NCBI GenBank assembly: GCA_050011655.1
Contig: JBEKIR010000001.1
Span: 4,519 to 68,518, forward strand
Length of the DNA: 64,000 nt
Direction of reading: 5' to 3'
Source: Halobacteriota archaeon
GTDB taxonomy: Archaea > Halobacteriota > Bog-38 > Methanoflorentales > Methanoflorentaceae
In this document: positions 1 to 10,211 of the stretch, piece by piece
Layout: each line of letters starts with the position of its first letter
Position numbering within the stretch: the stretch's first letter is position 1
Position numbers and translations under genes: made by a program
The notes under the pieces: model-generated
Told to the model about the DNA's origin: nothing
The model's input: the letters and a program-made list of their open reading frames with translations, nothing else
Databases searched by the model: none

Positions 1-241
1 CGAGTTCTCGCTTTCTGGACCGCAATAGTTTCTATCCAGATGAGCAGAACTCGTTATCACTAAGCCGGTTTTTGCTGAGCTGCAAACGATCTTTTTTTAA
101 GGTACAAACCCTAACTGCTTTTCGCCGAGCGCAGATGCTTCGAAAAAACGAACATCAATCGCTCGACGCTTACGAGCGGTTGGCCCGCGAGGTAGTGCAC
201 TTTCACCTCAACTAGCTATTTCCTAACGCGCAGGTTTTGTT

Positions 242-1252
242 ATGAATTCGCAGCACCCCCGCACATACGCAGAATCAGGAGTAGACATCAGCGCTGAAGA
301 AGAGGCAATAAGAGCCCTTCGGAGGCATTTCAAGACCAAGAAGAAGGGACGAGGAAGCCCGATCAACATCGAAGGCGCCTACGCCGGACTTTTGGACATG
401 GGCGATTTCATTATTGGTATCACCACAGACGGCGTGGGATCGAAGGTTCTCGTCGCAACAGAAATGGGAAACTGGAAGACTATCGGAATAGATTGCATGG
501 CAATGAACGTGAACGACCTTTACGCAATGGGGTTGGAGCCTATGGCTTTTGTCGATTACCTCGCAATGGAGAGCATTGAGCCTTCTATTGCCGATCAAAT
601 CGGGCAAGGGCTCGCAAAAGGAGCAAAGATAGCTAACGTGTCCATAGTAGGCGGCGAAACCGCGAGCCTCCCAGAGATCGTGAGAGGGTTCGACTTGGCG
701 GGCAGCTGCATAGGAATTGCTGCAAAAGAAGACCTTGTTACCGGCTACAAGATCGAGAACGGAGACGCTGTTGTCGGCATTCCGAGCAGCGGAGTTCATA
801 GTAACGGTCTGACGCTCGCGCGCAAATTGCTGGCCAAATACGGTCTTTACACGCGTTACGGAAGCATGGAGCGCACGCTTGGCGAAGAGTTGCTCTTGCC
901 TACGCGGATCTACTCAGAGGTCCTCGACATTAATAAGAATTGCGAGGTGCACGGCTTGGCGCATATCACTGGAGGTGGCCTTCTGAATCTCAAGAGACTC
1001 ACCCGGCTGGGCTTCAGCTTGTCGGATCCTCTCGAGCCTCAAGAGATATTCAGCGTGATTCAAGCAGAAGGCGTTGAAGTACGAGAGATGTACAGAACCT
1101 TTAACATGGGGATGGGTTTTGCTATTGTTGCGCCTCAGCGCGAGGTAAGACGAATTGCACGCCTCAGCGATGGTGCCAGGCAAGTCGGTACTATTTCAGG
1201 CCGTGGGATACGAGTCCGACAAGATGATGAGCTAGTCGAAATTGCAAAATAG
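242..1252 (+). CDS. purM: phosphoribosylformylglycinamidine cyclo-ligase (AIR synthase, PurM)
   Basis: 336-aa ORF; N-terminal YAESGVDI motif and PurM-like two-domain architecture. Confidence 0.85.
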   Translation: MNSQHPRTYAESGVDISAEEEAIRALRRHFKTKKKGRGSPINIEGAYAGLLDMGDFIIGITTDGVGSKVLVATEMGNWKTIGIDCMAMNVNDLYAMGLEPMAFVDYLAMESIEPSIADQIGQGLAKGAKIANVSIVGGETASLPEIVRGFDLAGSCIGIAAKEDLVTGYKIENGDAVVGIPSSGVHSNGLTLARKLLAKYGLYTRYGSMERTLGEELLLPTRIYSEVLDINKNCEVHGLAHITGGGLLNLKRLTRLGFSLSDPLEPQEIFSVIQAEGVEVREMYRTFNMGMGFAIVAPQREVRRIARLSDGARQVGTISGRGIRVRQDDELVEIAK

Positions 1253-1384
1253 CAGCTTCGCCAAGCCACGATGCTTGTGATTCGGTCGAACCCGCTGACG
1301 AACTGAGGGCGCAGCGTCGAAAGAGTATCAGTCTAGAAGGACCGGCTGCCTAGGTTTGTTAGCCCTTGCAGGTGCACCGTCATT

Positions 1385-1903
1385 TTGCAAAGTTTGGTTC
1401 AAGCCACGAACCTGAGACGGAAGGCGTCCGTGATGATGAAAGAAGAAATGTTGAAAGAGATGGGTGTCGCGCTAGATGATATGATCGACACGGCTATGCT
1501 GTTATGGGTTCCACATCCAGGGGTTGAAACAGAAGCGCGTGCCAGAGAAGTTTTCTCAAGCGAGCTTCGGCGAGCTCTCGCCGATCCCAACGTGTGGGTC
1601 CTTCTGTATGCCGGAGTGGCGTTAGAAAGAGACGCACGGCAAGGCCGTATCCCGAACCTTGATCCTGCCTCCTACGAAAAGGATTTGACTTGTTTGATCG
1701 CTGACGAGGTACTGGGAATGGCAATCTCAATGTACGTTGGGGGTTACAAGGGGCACTTCGATTATGCCCGATTCGACAAGCTTAAACCTGGAATTCTCAA
1801 ATCGCTGGGACCATTCTTGGATGATATCGTCGCCGGCCTGATAGGCGGCGTTTCGGCTAACATGTACGACAGAGGAGCAGCCGATGCCGCAACGCGTCCT
1901 TGA
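1385..1903 (+). CDS. PgpA-family phosphatase, likely alpha-ribazole-phosphate phosphatase CobZ-like
   Basis: 172 aa; PgpA signature DE-x-GM, KPG and DDIVAG motifs; abuts and slightly overlaps cobS, with cobY next downstream. Confidence 0.6.
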   Translation: MQSLVQATNLRRKASVMMKEEMLKEMGVALDDMIDTAMLLWVPHPGVETEARAREVFSSELRRALADPNVWVLLYAGVALERDARQGRIPNLDPASYEKDLTCLIADEVLGMAISMYVGGYKGHFDYARFDKLKPGILKSLGPFLDDIVAGLIGGVSANMYDRGAADAATRP

Positions 1904-2630
1904 TTCCATTCGGTCTGGCTTCGGGTTCTTGACGACGATTCCGGTGGGATTCAATGAAGCAGCGCTCGACAGCCTGGCCACGCGCATGTGGATTTTTATC
2001 CTAGTCGGAGCTGCAATCGGACTGTTAGTTGGGGGAATCAGCTCTGCGCTCGCATTCATGCCGCACATGAGCGACTTTGTCCACGCCGCCCTGACGCTCG
2101 TAGCCCTATATGCGCTAACAGGTTTCATCCATCTTGATGGGTTAGCTGACGTGGGCGACGGACTGCTCAAGCACGGAACAATGCAAGAACGACTTCAAGT
2201 CATCAAAGACCCATACATCGGTGTCGGAGGGATCGCATTTTGTGTCCTCGCGTTTCTGCTGCTTTTCGCTGCAGTGGCATCTATCAAGTCAACGGCGCTC
2301 CTGCCCGCGTTGATCACAGCTGAAGTCGCAGCAAAACTTTCGATGGTCGAAGTCGCCTCCCTTGGAAAAGCGACGCACCAGGGACTTGGATCCCGTTTTG
2401 CAGAAAAAAGTGGGATGTTGACCTTCATAGTAGCACTGCTTCTCGCAGCACCAGTCGCGGTTCTCTGTTTTGGCGTGAGAGGTCTCCTCGTGTTGTTGCC
2501 GCCTCTAGTCTTATCGTTTGGACTAGTGAAACTCGCCAATATGGCTTTCGGCGGAATAAATGGCGACGTTATAGGATCTTCAAATGAGCTTGGGCGTTTG
2601 ATCGCTCTTGTTGTAATCAGTTTTTTGTAG
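1884..2630 (+). CDS. cobS: adenosylcobinamide-GDP ribazoletransferase (cobalamin synthase CobS)
   Basis: 248-aa polytopic membrane protein with HLDGLAD motif typical of CobS. Confidence 0.85.
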   Translation: MPQRVLDSIRSGFGFLTTIPVGFNEAALDSLATRMWIFILVGAAIGLLVGGISSALAFMPHMSDFVHAALTLVALYALTGFIHLDGLADVGDGLLKHGTMQERLQVIKDPYIGVGGIAFCVLAFLLLFAAVASIKSTALLPALITAEVAAKLSMVEVASLGKATHQGLGSRFAEKSGMLTFIVALLLAAPVAVLCFGVRGLLVLLPPLVLSFGLVKLANMAFGGINGDVIGSSNELGRLIALVVISFL

Positions 2631-2653
2631 GTGATTGCACGTTCGCACTCCTC

Positions 2654-3259
2654 ATGGCCGGCGGTAAGGGAGAGCGGCTTGGTTCAGGCGGCGTCGAAAA
2701 ACCGCTGCTGGAGTTCAGAGGCAGGCCACTCATTGAACACGTATTGGCCGCTTTGAACAAATCGCAAATTGAACGCGTGGTGACGGTTACCTCTCCCAGA
2801 ACTCCTTGCACGACGCGCTGGGCAAGAGAAGCAAGTGTTCAGGTAGTAAAGGCGCCAGGGCAAGGGTATATCCAAGACTACAGGTGGGCGAGCAAGCGAT
2901 TGGGCCTTAAAGGTCCCGTTCTCATCATCGCAGCTGATCTTCCTCTTATCGACTATCGACTCATCGACCGGATTATCGAGCGTCGCGCTAAAGCAGAGAG
3001 TTCTGCACTTGGGGTCTACCTCCCCTACGAGTTTTGCGATGAGGCTAATGTACCCTCTGACCTCACGTTAGCAGCAGACGCTAAGTTGCTTGTGCCTACC
3101 GGCATTAACATCGTCGATGCAAGCCACCTCGATCAATTACAACAAGAAACGATGTTTATCATTCGCGACGAGTCACTGCTGTACAACATCAATAGGAGAA
3201 GTGACCTAAGGCGCCTCATTCGAAGAGCGAGCGCGGTCGGCGAGCGAGAGCTCGAATGA
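2654..3259 (+). CDS. cobY: adenosylcobinamide-phosphate guanylyltransferase, archaeal type (CobY)
   Basis: MobA-like NTP-transferase fold with N-terminal MAGGKGERLG motif; adjacent to cobS. Confidence 0.75.
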   Translation: MAGGKGERLGSGGVEKPLLEFRGRPLIEHVLAALNKSQIERVVTVTSPRTPCTTRWAREASVQVVKAPGQGYIQDYRWASKRLGLKGPVLIIAADLPLIDYRLIDRIIERRAKAESSALGVYLPYEFCDEANVPSDLTLAADAKLLVPTGINIVDASHLDQLQQETMFIIRDESLLYNINRRSDLRRLIRRASAVGERELE

Positions 3260-3264
3260 CGTAA

Positions 3265-3762
3265 CTACAGCTTGAGGCTCTTGCGCTCAACAAGATCCAC
3301 CAAATCTGGGGCATTAAGAAGCGCGTTTATCACCGGTACGCCCTTATAGCTCGAGAGGTGCGCAGACACTAATCCTGAAATGCAAAAGACCTCGCTCTGC
3401 AATTCATCTCCCACCTGCTCTTCGTCTGTTGCGCACAGTATCTTCGGCAGACTCGCGCCTCTAAATCCCTCAAGAACCAAGTAATCACTGCTGATGTGTC
3501 GTATCAGCTCATCAAGCATCACTGGTCGCTTTATCATAAGAATGCTTTCATCTGGCGCCCGCAGGCCAACTACTTCGGCTCCAGCTTTCCATTGGCGCCA
3601 CGTATCTTTTCCAGCAACATCGAAGACGAAGTTTTCCACGTGGACGTCCTTTATCGCGGATACTGAATAACCACGCAATCGCAGCTCCTTTAAGATCTCA
3701 ACGACGGTAGTGGTCTTCCCCGATTTAGAGAATCCATACACTGCGCATATCTTCATTGGCAT
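3265..3762 (-). CDS. mobB: MobB-like P-loop GTPase (molybdopterin-guanine dinucleotide biosynthesis protein B family)
   Basis: N-terminal GFSKSGKTT Walker A motif, about 165 aa, MobB-like. Confidence 0.65.
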   Translation of the reverse strand: MPMKICAVYGFSKSGKTTTVVEILKELRLRGYSVSAIKDVHVENFVFDVAGKDTWRQWKAGAEVVGLRAPDESILMIKRPVMLDELIRHISSDYLVLEGFRGASLPKILCATDEEQVGDELQSEVFCISGLVSAHLSSYKGVPVINALLNAPDLVDLVERKSLKL

Positions 3763-3922
3763 TAATGAAACCTCAAAAGTTAAATTGTGATCGCTTGGCG
3801 CGAGATGCGCGTGAAAGGCACGCGGACGTATACGGAACCCGCTTATTGACTGAAATCAAAATTACTTTGTTCACGTGCAATCGTGCTGCTCGAGCAACGA
3901 CGAGGCGTTACGTGCCTTGTCC

Positions 3923-4831
3923 CTACTTGCCTATTTTTCTGGACTTCCAATACCGGGGATATGTACCGGGCTCCATCATTACTCTTTTGACTTCAGCGAT
4001 GACTCCACCTTCGAGTACAGAGATGCCTAGGGCGACAACCTCGTCTCGCGCCGTATAAATACCAACCAGCTGTTTCCTGTCAACGTCAGGTAAGGAGATA
4101 ACGCCGGGTTCTGCGAGTCGAGCCCCGTGGCAAATAGCATCTACAGCAGTATCTCTAATGATAATTTTTGGAACGTGGCTAAGTGCGCGCTCGACTGGTA
4201 ATACGATGTCTCGCAGCGGAGCTTCATCGTTATCTTCGATCCAAAAATGATATGCGTCTGTCAAATCGTGCAATGTACTCAAATTCGATTCATCAAACGG
4301 ACCTGCCTTGGTTCTGCGGAGCTCCTGCATGTGCGCCCCCACCCCTAGCGCTTCGCCGACGTCGTGGCACAGCTTGCGAATATACGTTCCGGCCTCACAT
4401 CCCACTTTGAAGAGGACATCGTTCCCCTTCCGTTCTAGCACGTCGATGTAATAAATCTCGCGTTTGCGAATTTGACGCCTTACCGCCGATTTAAGAGGTG
4501 GGCGCTGATATAGCACACCCGTAAACTCCCTTAGTATGTCTCGCACCAATGGTTCGGGAACCGCCTTATGCAGATGCATTACACACACGTATTCCTTGGG
4601 CAAGTTCACGAGCGCCCCCACTGCCCTTGTCGCATCTTGCAACAATATCGGGAGCACACCCGTAACCTTGGGATCTAGCGTTCCGATGTGGCCCGCTTTC
4701 TGAATATGCAAAATTCGTTTCACCCACGCGGCTACTTCGTGACTCGTAGGTCCGGCTGGCTTATCGAGATTTATGACGCCTTTTTGAAGCAACTCGTCTA
4801 TAGTCCGTTGCTGCGCAACAGGATTCGTCAT
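3923..4831 (-). CDS. cbf5: tRNA/rRNA pseudouridine synthase Cbf5 (TruB family) with PUA domain
   Basis: KPAGPTSHEV and GTLDP catalytic motifs; C-terminal PUA domain; conserved position after cmk. Confidence 0.9.
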   Translation of the reverse strand: MTNPVAQQRTIDELLQKGVINLDKPAGPTSHEVAAWVKRILHIQKAGHIGTLDPKVTGVLPILLQDATRAVGALVNLPKEYVCVMHLHKAVPEPLVRDILREFTGVLYQRPPLKSAVRRQIRKREIYYIDVLERKGNDVLFKVGCEAGTYIRKLCHDVGEALGVGAHMQELRRTKAGPFDESNLSTLHDLTDAYHFWIEDNDEAPLRDIVLPVERALSHVPKIIIRDTAVDAICHGARLAEPGVISLPDVDRKQLVGIYTARDEVVALGISVLEGGVIAEVKRVMMEPGTYPRYWKSRKIGK

Positions 4832-5364
4832 CGTTTGTCAACTTTCCGGTACGCTCTCACGGCCTGCGCGATGATAGCGATGACCGCGTGTTGGTCCCAG
4901 TGCATCGTATCTATGACAAGATCATAGACGTCAAGGTTCGTCACGTCGATATTATAAAACGTACGATATCTCACGGTCTCGCTGCCGTCGCGCAGGCGTG
5001 TTTCGTGGAGAGCTGCAGCCCGCCGCTTGCCTTCTCTTCCCGCTATTCGCTGTGCTCGTACTTCTAGAGGCGCTTTAAGCCAAACGGCGATGTCGGCTTT
5101 GAGAACCCAGCCCGAAAGCCGCCCGTCGACGACCGCGTGTTCACGTGACCGCGCGAGCTCGGCTTGTCGTCGATCAACGATTTTGTCGATTTCCGGTTCT
5201 GTTTCCGCAAGCTTGCTCAACTGCTCGAGACTCATTGCGCGCTCGCGCGCGAGTTCTCTGAATACCTCTCCCGCTGAGACGTGCGCAAAGCCTAGTTTCC
5301 GCGATAAACCGGTTGCTACCGTCGTCTTGCCGCTGCCTGCAAATCCGCTAATAGTAAGCAACAC
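4828..5364 (-). CDS. cmk: cytidylate kinase, archaeal type
   Basis: GFAGSGKTT P-loop; about 178 aa archaeal Cmk; sits between adkA and cbf5. Confidence 0.8.
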   Translation of the reverse strand: MLLTISGFAGSGKTTVATGLSRKLGFAHVSAGEVFRELARERAMSLEQLSKLAETEPEIDKIVDRRQAELARSREHAVVDGRLSGWVLKADIAVWLKAPLEVRAQRIAGREGKRRAAALHETRLRDGSETVRYRTFYNIDVTNLDVYDLVIDTMHWDQHAVIAIIAQAVRAYRKVDKR

Positions 5365-5396
5365 GATGGCACACCCGCTAAGCGCTAGCGATGAAC

Positions 5397-5987
5397 TCAG
5401 TCTTCCTGCAGCGTGGCCACCAGTTCAGCGACTGCCTCATCAAGCTTTCCGTCGGGATTTTGCAGTATTTTGACCGTTGCTCCCGTGTGTGCGGCGTACG
5501 CCATGCATATTGCTTTGTTAACCTCCTGGTGCTCCTGAACACCCGTCGCATCTTGCGCGTCGCGCTGTCGTGCCTTGTCAGCATTTCTGCGCCGAATAAT
5601 TTCGTTAGGTGCTGTTTCGACAATGAGTATGAGTTCGGGCCCAAGTTCGTCCAAAACCCACGTAGGCAAACCAGGAAGGTACCCCCCCGGCGTTCGCACC
5701 GTTGCGTGCGTGTCAACAACAAGAGGCGTCGTGGCCATTTTTGATATCGTGCGCGCGGCAGTCTTTTGGAGATCGCGCTGCCTAGCTGGATCTAGCTTTC
5801 GGATGTCGTCTCTTATCTTGACCCAGCGGCGCTGCAACGCCTCATCCAGCATCACGTCGCTGTAGGTGACCATTTTCAAAGGTTGGCCCTGCGCTTCCAG
5901 CCATTCAATGGCTTTCTTTGTAACCGTCGTCCCGCCGCTTGCCGGAACTCCCGTTAGAATTACCACTTTCCGCATTTGCTGCCCCAA
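5397..5987 (-). CDS. adkA: adenylate kinase, archaeal type (AdkA)
   Basis: GVPASGGTT P-loop; about 195 aa; immediately downstream of secY as in archaeal spc cluster. Confidence 0.85.
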   Translation of the reverse strand: MGQQMRKVVILTGVPASGGTTVTKKAIEWLEAQGQPLKMVTYSDVMLDEALQRRWVKIRDDIRKLDPARQRDLQKTAARTISKMATTPLVVDTHATVRTPGGYLPGLPTWVLDELGPELILIVETAPNEIIRRRNADKARQRDAQDATGVQEHQEVNKAICMAYAAHTGATVKILQNPDGKLDEAVAELVATLQED

Positions 5988-6151
5988 TTTGTGTAGGGAA
6001 CTATCCTAACCATCCTACTTTAACTTACGCAATCGTACAGAGCGCAGCTTCCTCCATCAAAGCCGCTCCTGCGATCCAATGCCCTCTAACGCGCAACAAA
6101 AATTTCAGCTTAGCTTAGAAGTCAAGAGAAACGATCTGAGCGTCGGAGACG

Positions 6152-7609
6152 TTATTGCCCCAAGAAGCCGCGCAGCATCGGGTGCATCTCCATCATCTCT
6201 TCATTGGCAAGCTGCTCGTAAAGCGTGTACGTGATGCTCACCGCGAGGAGCAACGCAGTGCCGCCCACGTTTCCTATGGTTCCCAAAAAACCGGCAATGA
6301 CCGCCAACAACCCTATGAAAGCGCCCCCAATGACGGTTACTTTCGGAATGTACCGCTTCATAACGCGTTCAATGATTTTGGGGTCACGGCGGAAGCCGGG
6401 GATAGACATCCCAGAACTTTGAATTTGCTCGGAAACGGCCTTTGGGCCCATGCCAGTAGTCTCCACCCAGAAAAGGGCGAATATAATTCCCCCGATGACC
6501 ATAACGGAGATATCAATTCCTGACCGCAGTGCGATTTGCCACGCCGGGTTCTGACCTACCCCGGGCAACCAGTTACTCGGCCCACTGATTGGTGCCAAAT
6601 AGTACATCAGGCCACTCGTCGGCTGATTGTTTACGTAGGTCCCAACCCAAGTGAACCCTGCGTTGTAAAGGAGGATGCCAATCATCTGAATGTTCGCCTG
6701 AAGCGCCCGAACTAATATCAACGGCAACACGCTCGCGTAGACGAGCTTCACCGGGAATCTGCCTCGCGCGCCTCGTACGGAACTGTGCGCCAGAGGAATC
6801 TCTATGCGCGTGGTTTCAACGTAAACAACAACTGCGAATATACCCACCGTGCTTATTATGGCTAAAATTTGGCCCTGATTAAGCAGGAATATTATTCCTT
6901 GGGCGGTAAGCAGCTGCTGGACGGTGAACGTCTGGAAGATTTTAATCAAGCCTGGGATCCAACCCACCGGCAATCCGGTCGAAGGATTAATTATCCAATT
7001 AATGGTCCCAGTTACCAGGCCTTGGGCAACTCCGGCCACGATAAACATGCCGACTCCCGAGCCAATTCCCCATTTACTCACAATTTCATCCAGGAATAGC
7101 ACGAGCACGCCGCCTATGCAAACCTGGATAAATATAAGCAAGGAAATGCCGTGAAGCCCGATACCAGTTGAAGCAGCAATAGCCGGGTCGGGTTGGAGGA
7201 AACCTCCAAGCACTTGCGGCGCGGCTTCAACAACGATCATGACGAAGATCAGAAGCTTCTGCAGCTGCTGGTAGGCTGATTGGTCTCGAGGGTCGCTCGT
7301 GTCAAGCTTTATGATGTCCGCGCCCTTGAAAAGCTGCAGTATGATCGACGCGGTCACGATTGGACCAATGCCGAGCTGAACGAGGGAGCCTTGGCTTCCG
7401 GCCATTATTGCGCGGTAGAAGCCGAAAAGGTCCTGTGATGCAGGTGAAAGTCCAAAAAGGCGGACGTTTGTTAAAACGAAATAGATGAGTAAAACACCAA
7501 TCGTCCACGTGATCTTGCGCCTGAAGTGCACGTGCCCTTCGGGCTTAGAAACTGCAGGAAGTTTCTGCAAGAAGGGTTCAATTCTATCTATCGTTGGGTG
7601 CTCGCTCAT
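6152..7609 (-). CDS. secY: preprotein translocase subunit SecY
   Basis: 485-aa 10-TM protein with SecY-like sequence; follows L15 in r-protein operon. Confidence 0.95.
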   Translation of the reverse strand: MSEHPTIDRIEPFLQKLPAVSKPEGHVHFRRKITWTIGVLLIYFVLTNVRLFGLSPASQDLFGFYRAIMAGSQGSLVQLGIGPIVTASIILQLFKGADIIKLDTSDPRDQSAYQQLQKLLIFVMIVVEAAPQVLGGFLQPDPAIAASTGIGLHGISLLIFIQVCIGGVLVLFLDEIVSKWGIGSGVGMFIVAGVAQGLVTGTINWIINPSTGLPVGWIPGLIKIFQTFTVQQLLTAQGIIFLLNQGQILAIISTVGIFAVVVYVETTRIEIPLAHSSVRGARGRFPVKLVYASVLPLILVRALQANIQMIGILLYNAGFTWVGTYVNNQPTSGLMYYLAPISGPSNWLPGVGQNPAWQIALRSGIDISVMVIGGIIFALFWVETTGMGPKAVSEQIQSSGMSIPGFRRDPKIIERVMKRYIPKVTVIGGAFIGLLAVIAGFLGTIGNVGGTALLLAVSITYTLYEQLANEEMMEMHPMLRGFLGQ

Positions 7610-7656
7610 GATTCACTGCGCTCAACCGATTACTAGTCGATCACTGGTCTAGAAGG

Positions 7657-8085
7657 TCACGGCTCTGCGATTTTTGCTTTCCCGCCTGCTGATTCCAACT
7701 TCTCTTGCGCTCGTTTCGAAAAACTTCTTGCAGTTACGATAAGCGGCTTAGTTACACGGCCCTTTCCGAGCACTTTGTCGACATCGAGCGTGATGTAATA
7801 CTTGCCTGTGCGCACCTTAGCCTGCTTCAGTTCCACAAGTCGCTCAGCAGTTTCGTCCAGAGCACCTATGTCAATCACGGTCGGGTACTTGAGCACCTTT
7901 TGTGGCCTTGCGAACCCATAACTGCCATAACCCCGGCCAAGCAAAAGTTCCTTCAAAAAATGGTGCTTACAACCGCCTGCGTGGCCACGCCCTCCTCGAC
8001 TTCCTGCTCCACGACGGTTCTTATGAGTGCCGCCGCCACACGTGCGACTTCCTCGAAACTTCTTGGCCTTGTTTTTGGCACCCAT
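7657..8085 (-). CDS. rpl15: 50S ribosomal protein L15 (uL15)
   Basis: Gly/Arg-rich N-terminus [23 protein letters not shown] typical of uL15. Confidence 0.9.
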   Translation of the reverse strand: MGAKNKAKKFRGSRTCGGGTHKNRRGAGSRGGRGHAGGCKHHFLKELLLGRGYGSYGFARPQKVLKYPTVIDIGALDETAERLVELKQAKVRTGKYYITLDVDKVLGKGRVTKPLIVTARSFSKRAQEKLESAGGKAKIAEP

Positions 8086-8088
8086 TAT

Positions 8089-8550
8089 CTACCTCATTTT
8101 GAGAAGCAATTCGTTGATTTCACTGCCGTGAAATCCAAGAACACCTTCTGGAAACGGCTTTTTTATGCCCCTGTGGCCTTTGCGCGGCGGATGGAGCCTT
8201 AGCACAGGTTTCAGGTCAGGCACATCCTGCAACGTCGCTGTTCCGCTGACAACGGCTGTCGCTAGCGAGTTTATGTCATCAAAATCGGTGCGGTCTTTCA
8301 TGTACGCATTAGTGAGTCTCATATGACCCGCTAGCGCGCCCCGTCTTTCAAGCAGCACACCGAGGGTTGCACCGTCGATGGTGCCCCACGCCACATAATC
8401 TTTCACCTTTTGGAGCATGCCGTTATAATGCGCGTTGTCCTCGACGAGAACGCAGTGATTAGTCCTACTGAGATTTAATAACTCGAGTGTGCGCCGTACG
8501 TCGGGTTTTGTCTTTACCGTCCCACGCATCTTAACAACGGCGTACGTCAT
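8089..8550 (-). CDS. rpl30: 50S ribosomal protein L30 (uL30)
   Basis: 153-aa archaeal L30 pattern (AVVKMRGTV...); operon position. Confidence 0.9.
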   Translation of the reverse strand: MTYAVVKMRGTVKTKPDVRRTLELLNLSRTNHCVLVEDNAHYNGMLQKVKDYVAWGTIDGATLGVLLERRGALAGHMRLTNAYMKDRTDFDDINSLATAVVSGTATLQDVPDLKPVLRLHPPRKGHRGIKKPFPEGVLGFHGSEINELLLKMR

Positions 8551-9167
8551 TGCGTTCCACCGCCGATTCGCACCGTTGTTGTTGCCTTGAGCGCTTCAAA
8601 CGTAGCGCTAGCAAAGTTGATAGTCGTACGTGTTTGTCCTGACGATCGCGTCCACACGTCTTTTATACCTGCAAGCTGAAGCACCTTCCGAGCAGTGCCG
8701 CCTGATGTTATGCCAAGGCCTCGTGGCGCTGGTTTCAGCACAACGGTCACGGAGCCCGCCTTGCCTCGGACGGTGTAAGGAACGGTATGCGCTTCTCCGC
8801 AGCCACATTCCCACGAGCCACAGCCGCGATTTATCTTGATGAGATTCAGCTTAGCAGTTTCAATTGCTTTCCGTATGGCGGGTCCCGCTTGCAGATCCTT
8901 GGTTTCGGCGAAGCCTATGTATCCGTCGCGATTGCCGATTGCCACCGCGGCACGAAACTTCACGCGCCGACCGGAATCCGTCATTCGCTGCACCATGTTG
9001 ATATCTAAGACCTCGTCTGACAGCTCAGGCAAGAGGACATCGATGATTTCGGGTTCCTTCATCGGATGCCCAGTGGCTACAGCATCGTCGAACGTCGTTA
9101 TTTTGCCCTCATAAACAAGGCGTCCTAATCTCGTCTTCGGTGTCCATCCCTCTATCCTTTCAGCCAT
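8547..9167 (-). CDS. rps5: 30S ribosomal protein S5 (uS5)
   Basis: S5 dsRBD and C-terminal domain motifs ([23 protein letters not shown]). Confidence 0.95.
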   Translation of the reverse strand: MAERIEGWTPKTRLGRLVYEGKITTFDDAVATGHPMKEPEIIDVLLPELSDEVLDINMVQRMTDSGRRVKFRAAVAIGNRDGYIGFAETKDLQAGPAIRKAIETAKLNLIKINRGCGSWECGCGEAHTVPYTVRGKAGSVTVVLKPAPRGLGITSGGTARKVLQLAGIKDVWTRSSGQTRTTINFASATFEALKATTTVRIGGGTQ

Positions 9168-9753
9168 TGTGTGCCCCTGTATCCTCTGTTCGTTCCTGCG
9201 CAGCGTGCTCGATTATATGTTGCTTCACCGCGTCAACATGATTAGGAAGGTCTTTGGGATCTAAGCCATAACGCGTGAACCGCGTTGGGTTATCGGCTGC
9301 ATACGGGACAATATGTTCTCCGTGCAGCCTAGCAGGCACCGGAAGCGGCTCACGACTGTGCGGAATGTCGAGCCCCACTTCAACGGCGCCCTGCAAGGCG
9401 GCGTAAATTCGCGATCCTCGCGAATTTGCACTAAGTCCCAAATCGAGCACCCCTTTCGAATGGCCAGCTGCAAGCGCTCGACTCGCAAAAAGCAGCCCCG
9501 TCAGGTACGCAGCAGGCGTGTTCCCAGTAGCACCCTTGTAGCCGAGCTTTTTTAGCTCCAGCGCGTTTGCAGTTGTCAACGTCCGATCACCTGCAGTTCC
9601 ATGTTCGACAAGCTGCACGATCAAATTGCGTCCGGTTTTTCGCACGACGACGCGAGGCCATTCTGAAAGCATCAAACCTAACCGCTTATGGTAGTTCGTC
9701 TTTCCGTCTCGCCTCCGTCGAAAAGGAACCTGATATCGCGGACCGATCGCCAT
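9160..9753 (-). CDS. rpl18: 50S ribosomal protein L18 (uL18)
   Basis: archaeal L18P-like N-terminus [21 protein letters not shown]. Confidence 0.9.
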   Translation of the reverse strand: MAIGPRYQVPFRRRRDGKTNYHKRLGLMLSEWPRVVVRKTGRNLIVQLVEHGTAGDRTLTTANALELKKLGYKGATGNTPAAYLTGLLFASRALAAGHSKGVLDLGLSANSRGSRIYAALQGAVEVGLDIPHSREPLPVPARLHGEHIVPYAADNPTRFTRYGLDPKDLPNHVDAVKQHIIEHAAQERTEDTGAHNG

Positions 9754-10211
9754 TATTTCTGCCTCCGCGTGGCCATAGCGATTTCAGCTTGAGTGTTCAG
9801 TACACTTACAGTTCGATACTCGCCACCTTTCGCCTTCCTATACATGCGACGATACGTGGTTCGATCGAGCGTGTTGTTGTCCCTCAAGACGCGCAGAGTC
9901 CTTCTCTGCGCTCGGATCCTGCGCATCCACAGCTGCTTCCTAGGGCTTCGGGCATTTTTTGCTCCTTTACGAGTCCCTTGCCCGGTTTTATGGCCTTTCT
10001 TGCGCTTAGCATCGTTCCCGCGTGCCCGTCCGCGGCTGATGCCCTGCGCTTGCTTAGATTTCACGGTACCGTCCTTTATGAGCCCGCGCACATCTTCTCG
10101 GGTGATAGCGTTTGCGACGTCCGTGAGCTTGTCAGGATCGAGCCATATTCTGCTTTCCCCAACACCAAGCACCTCAGCAGCGAGTCGCTTTTGGTTCGAT
10201 AGGCTGGTCAC
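9753..10211 (-). CDS. rpl19e: 50S ribosomal protein L19e
   Basis: L19e conserved basic sequence; operon position. Confidence 0.9.
   Translation of the reverse strand: MTSLSNQKRLAAEVLGVGESRIWLDPDKLTDVANAITREDVRGLIKDGTVKSKQAQGISRGRARGNDAKRKKGHKTGQGTRKGAKNARSPRKQLWMRRIRAQRRTLRVLRDNNTLDRTTYRRMYRKAKGGEYRTVSVLNTQAEIAMATRRQK

Noticed and set aside
3756-4058. 100-aa plus-strand ORF in the mobB-cbf5 spacer
   Set aside because: It overlaps the 3' end of cbf5 on the opposite strand, has no recognisable motifs and starts inside the mobB start region. Likely non-coding promoter/terminator DNA.
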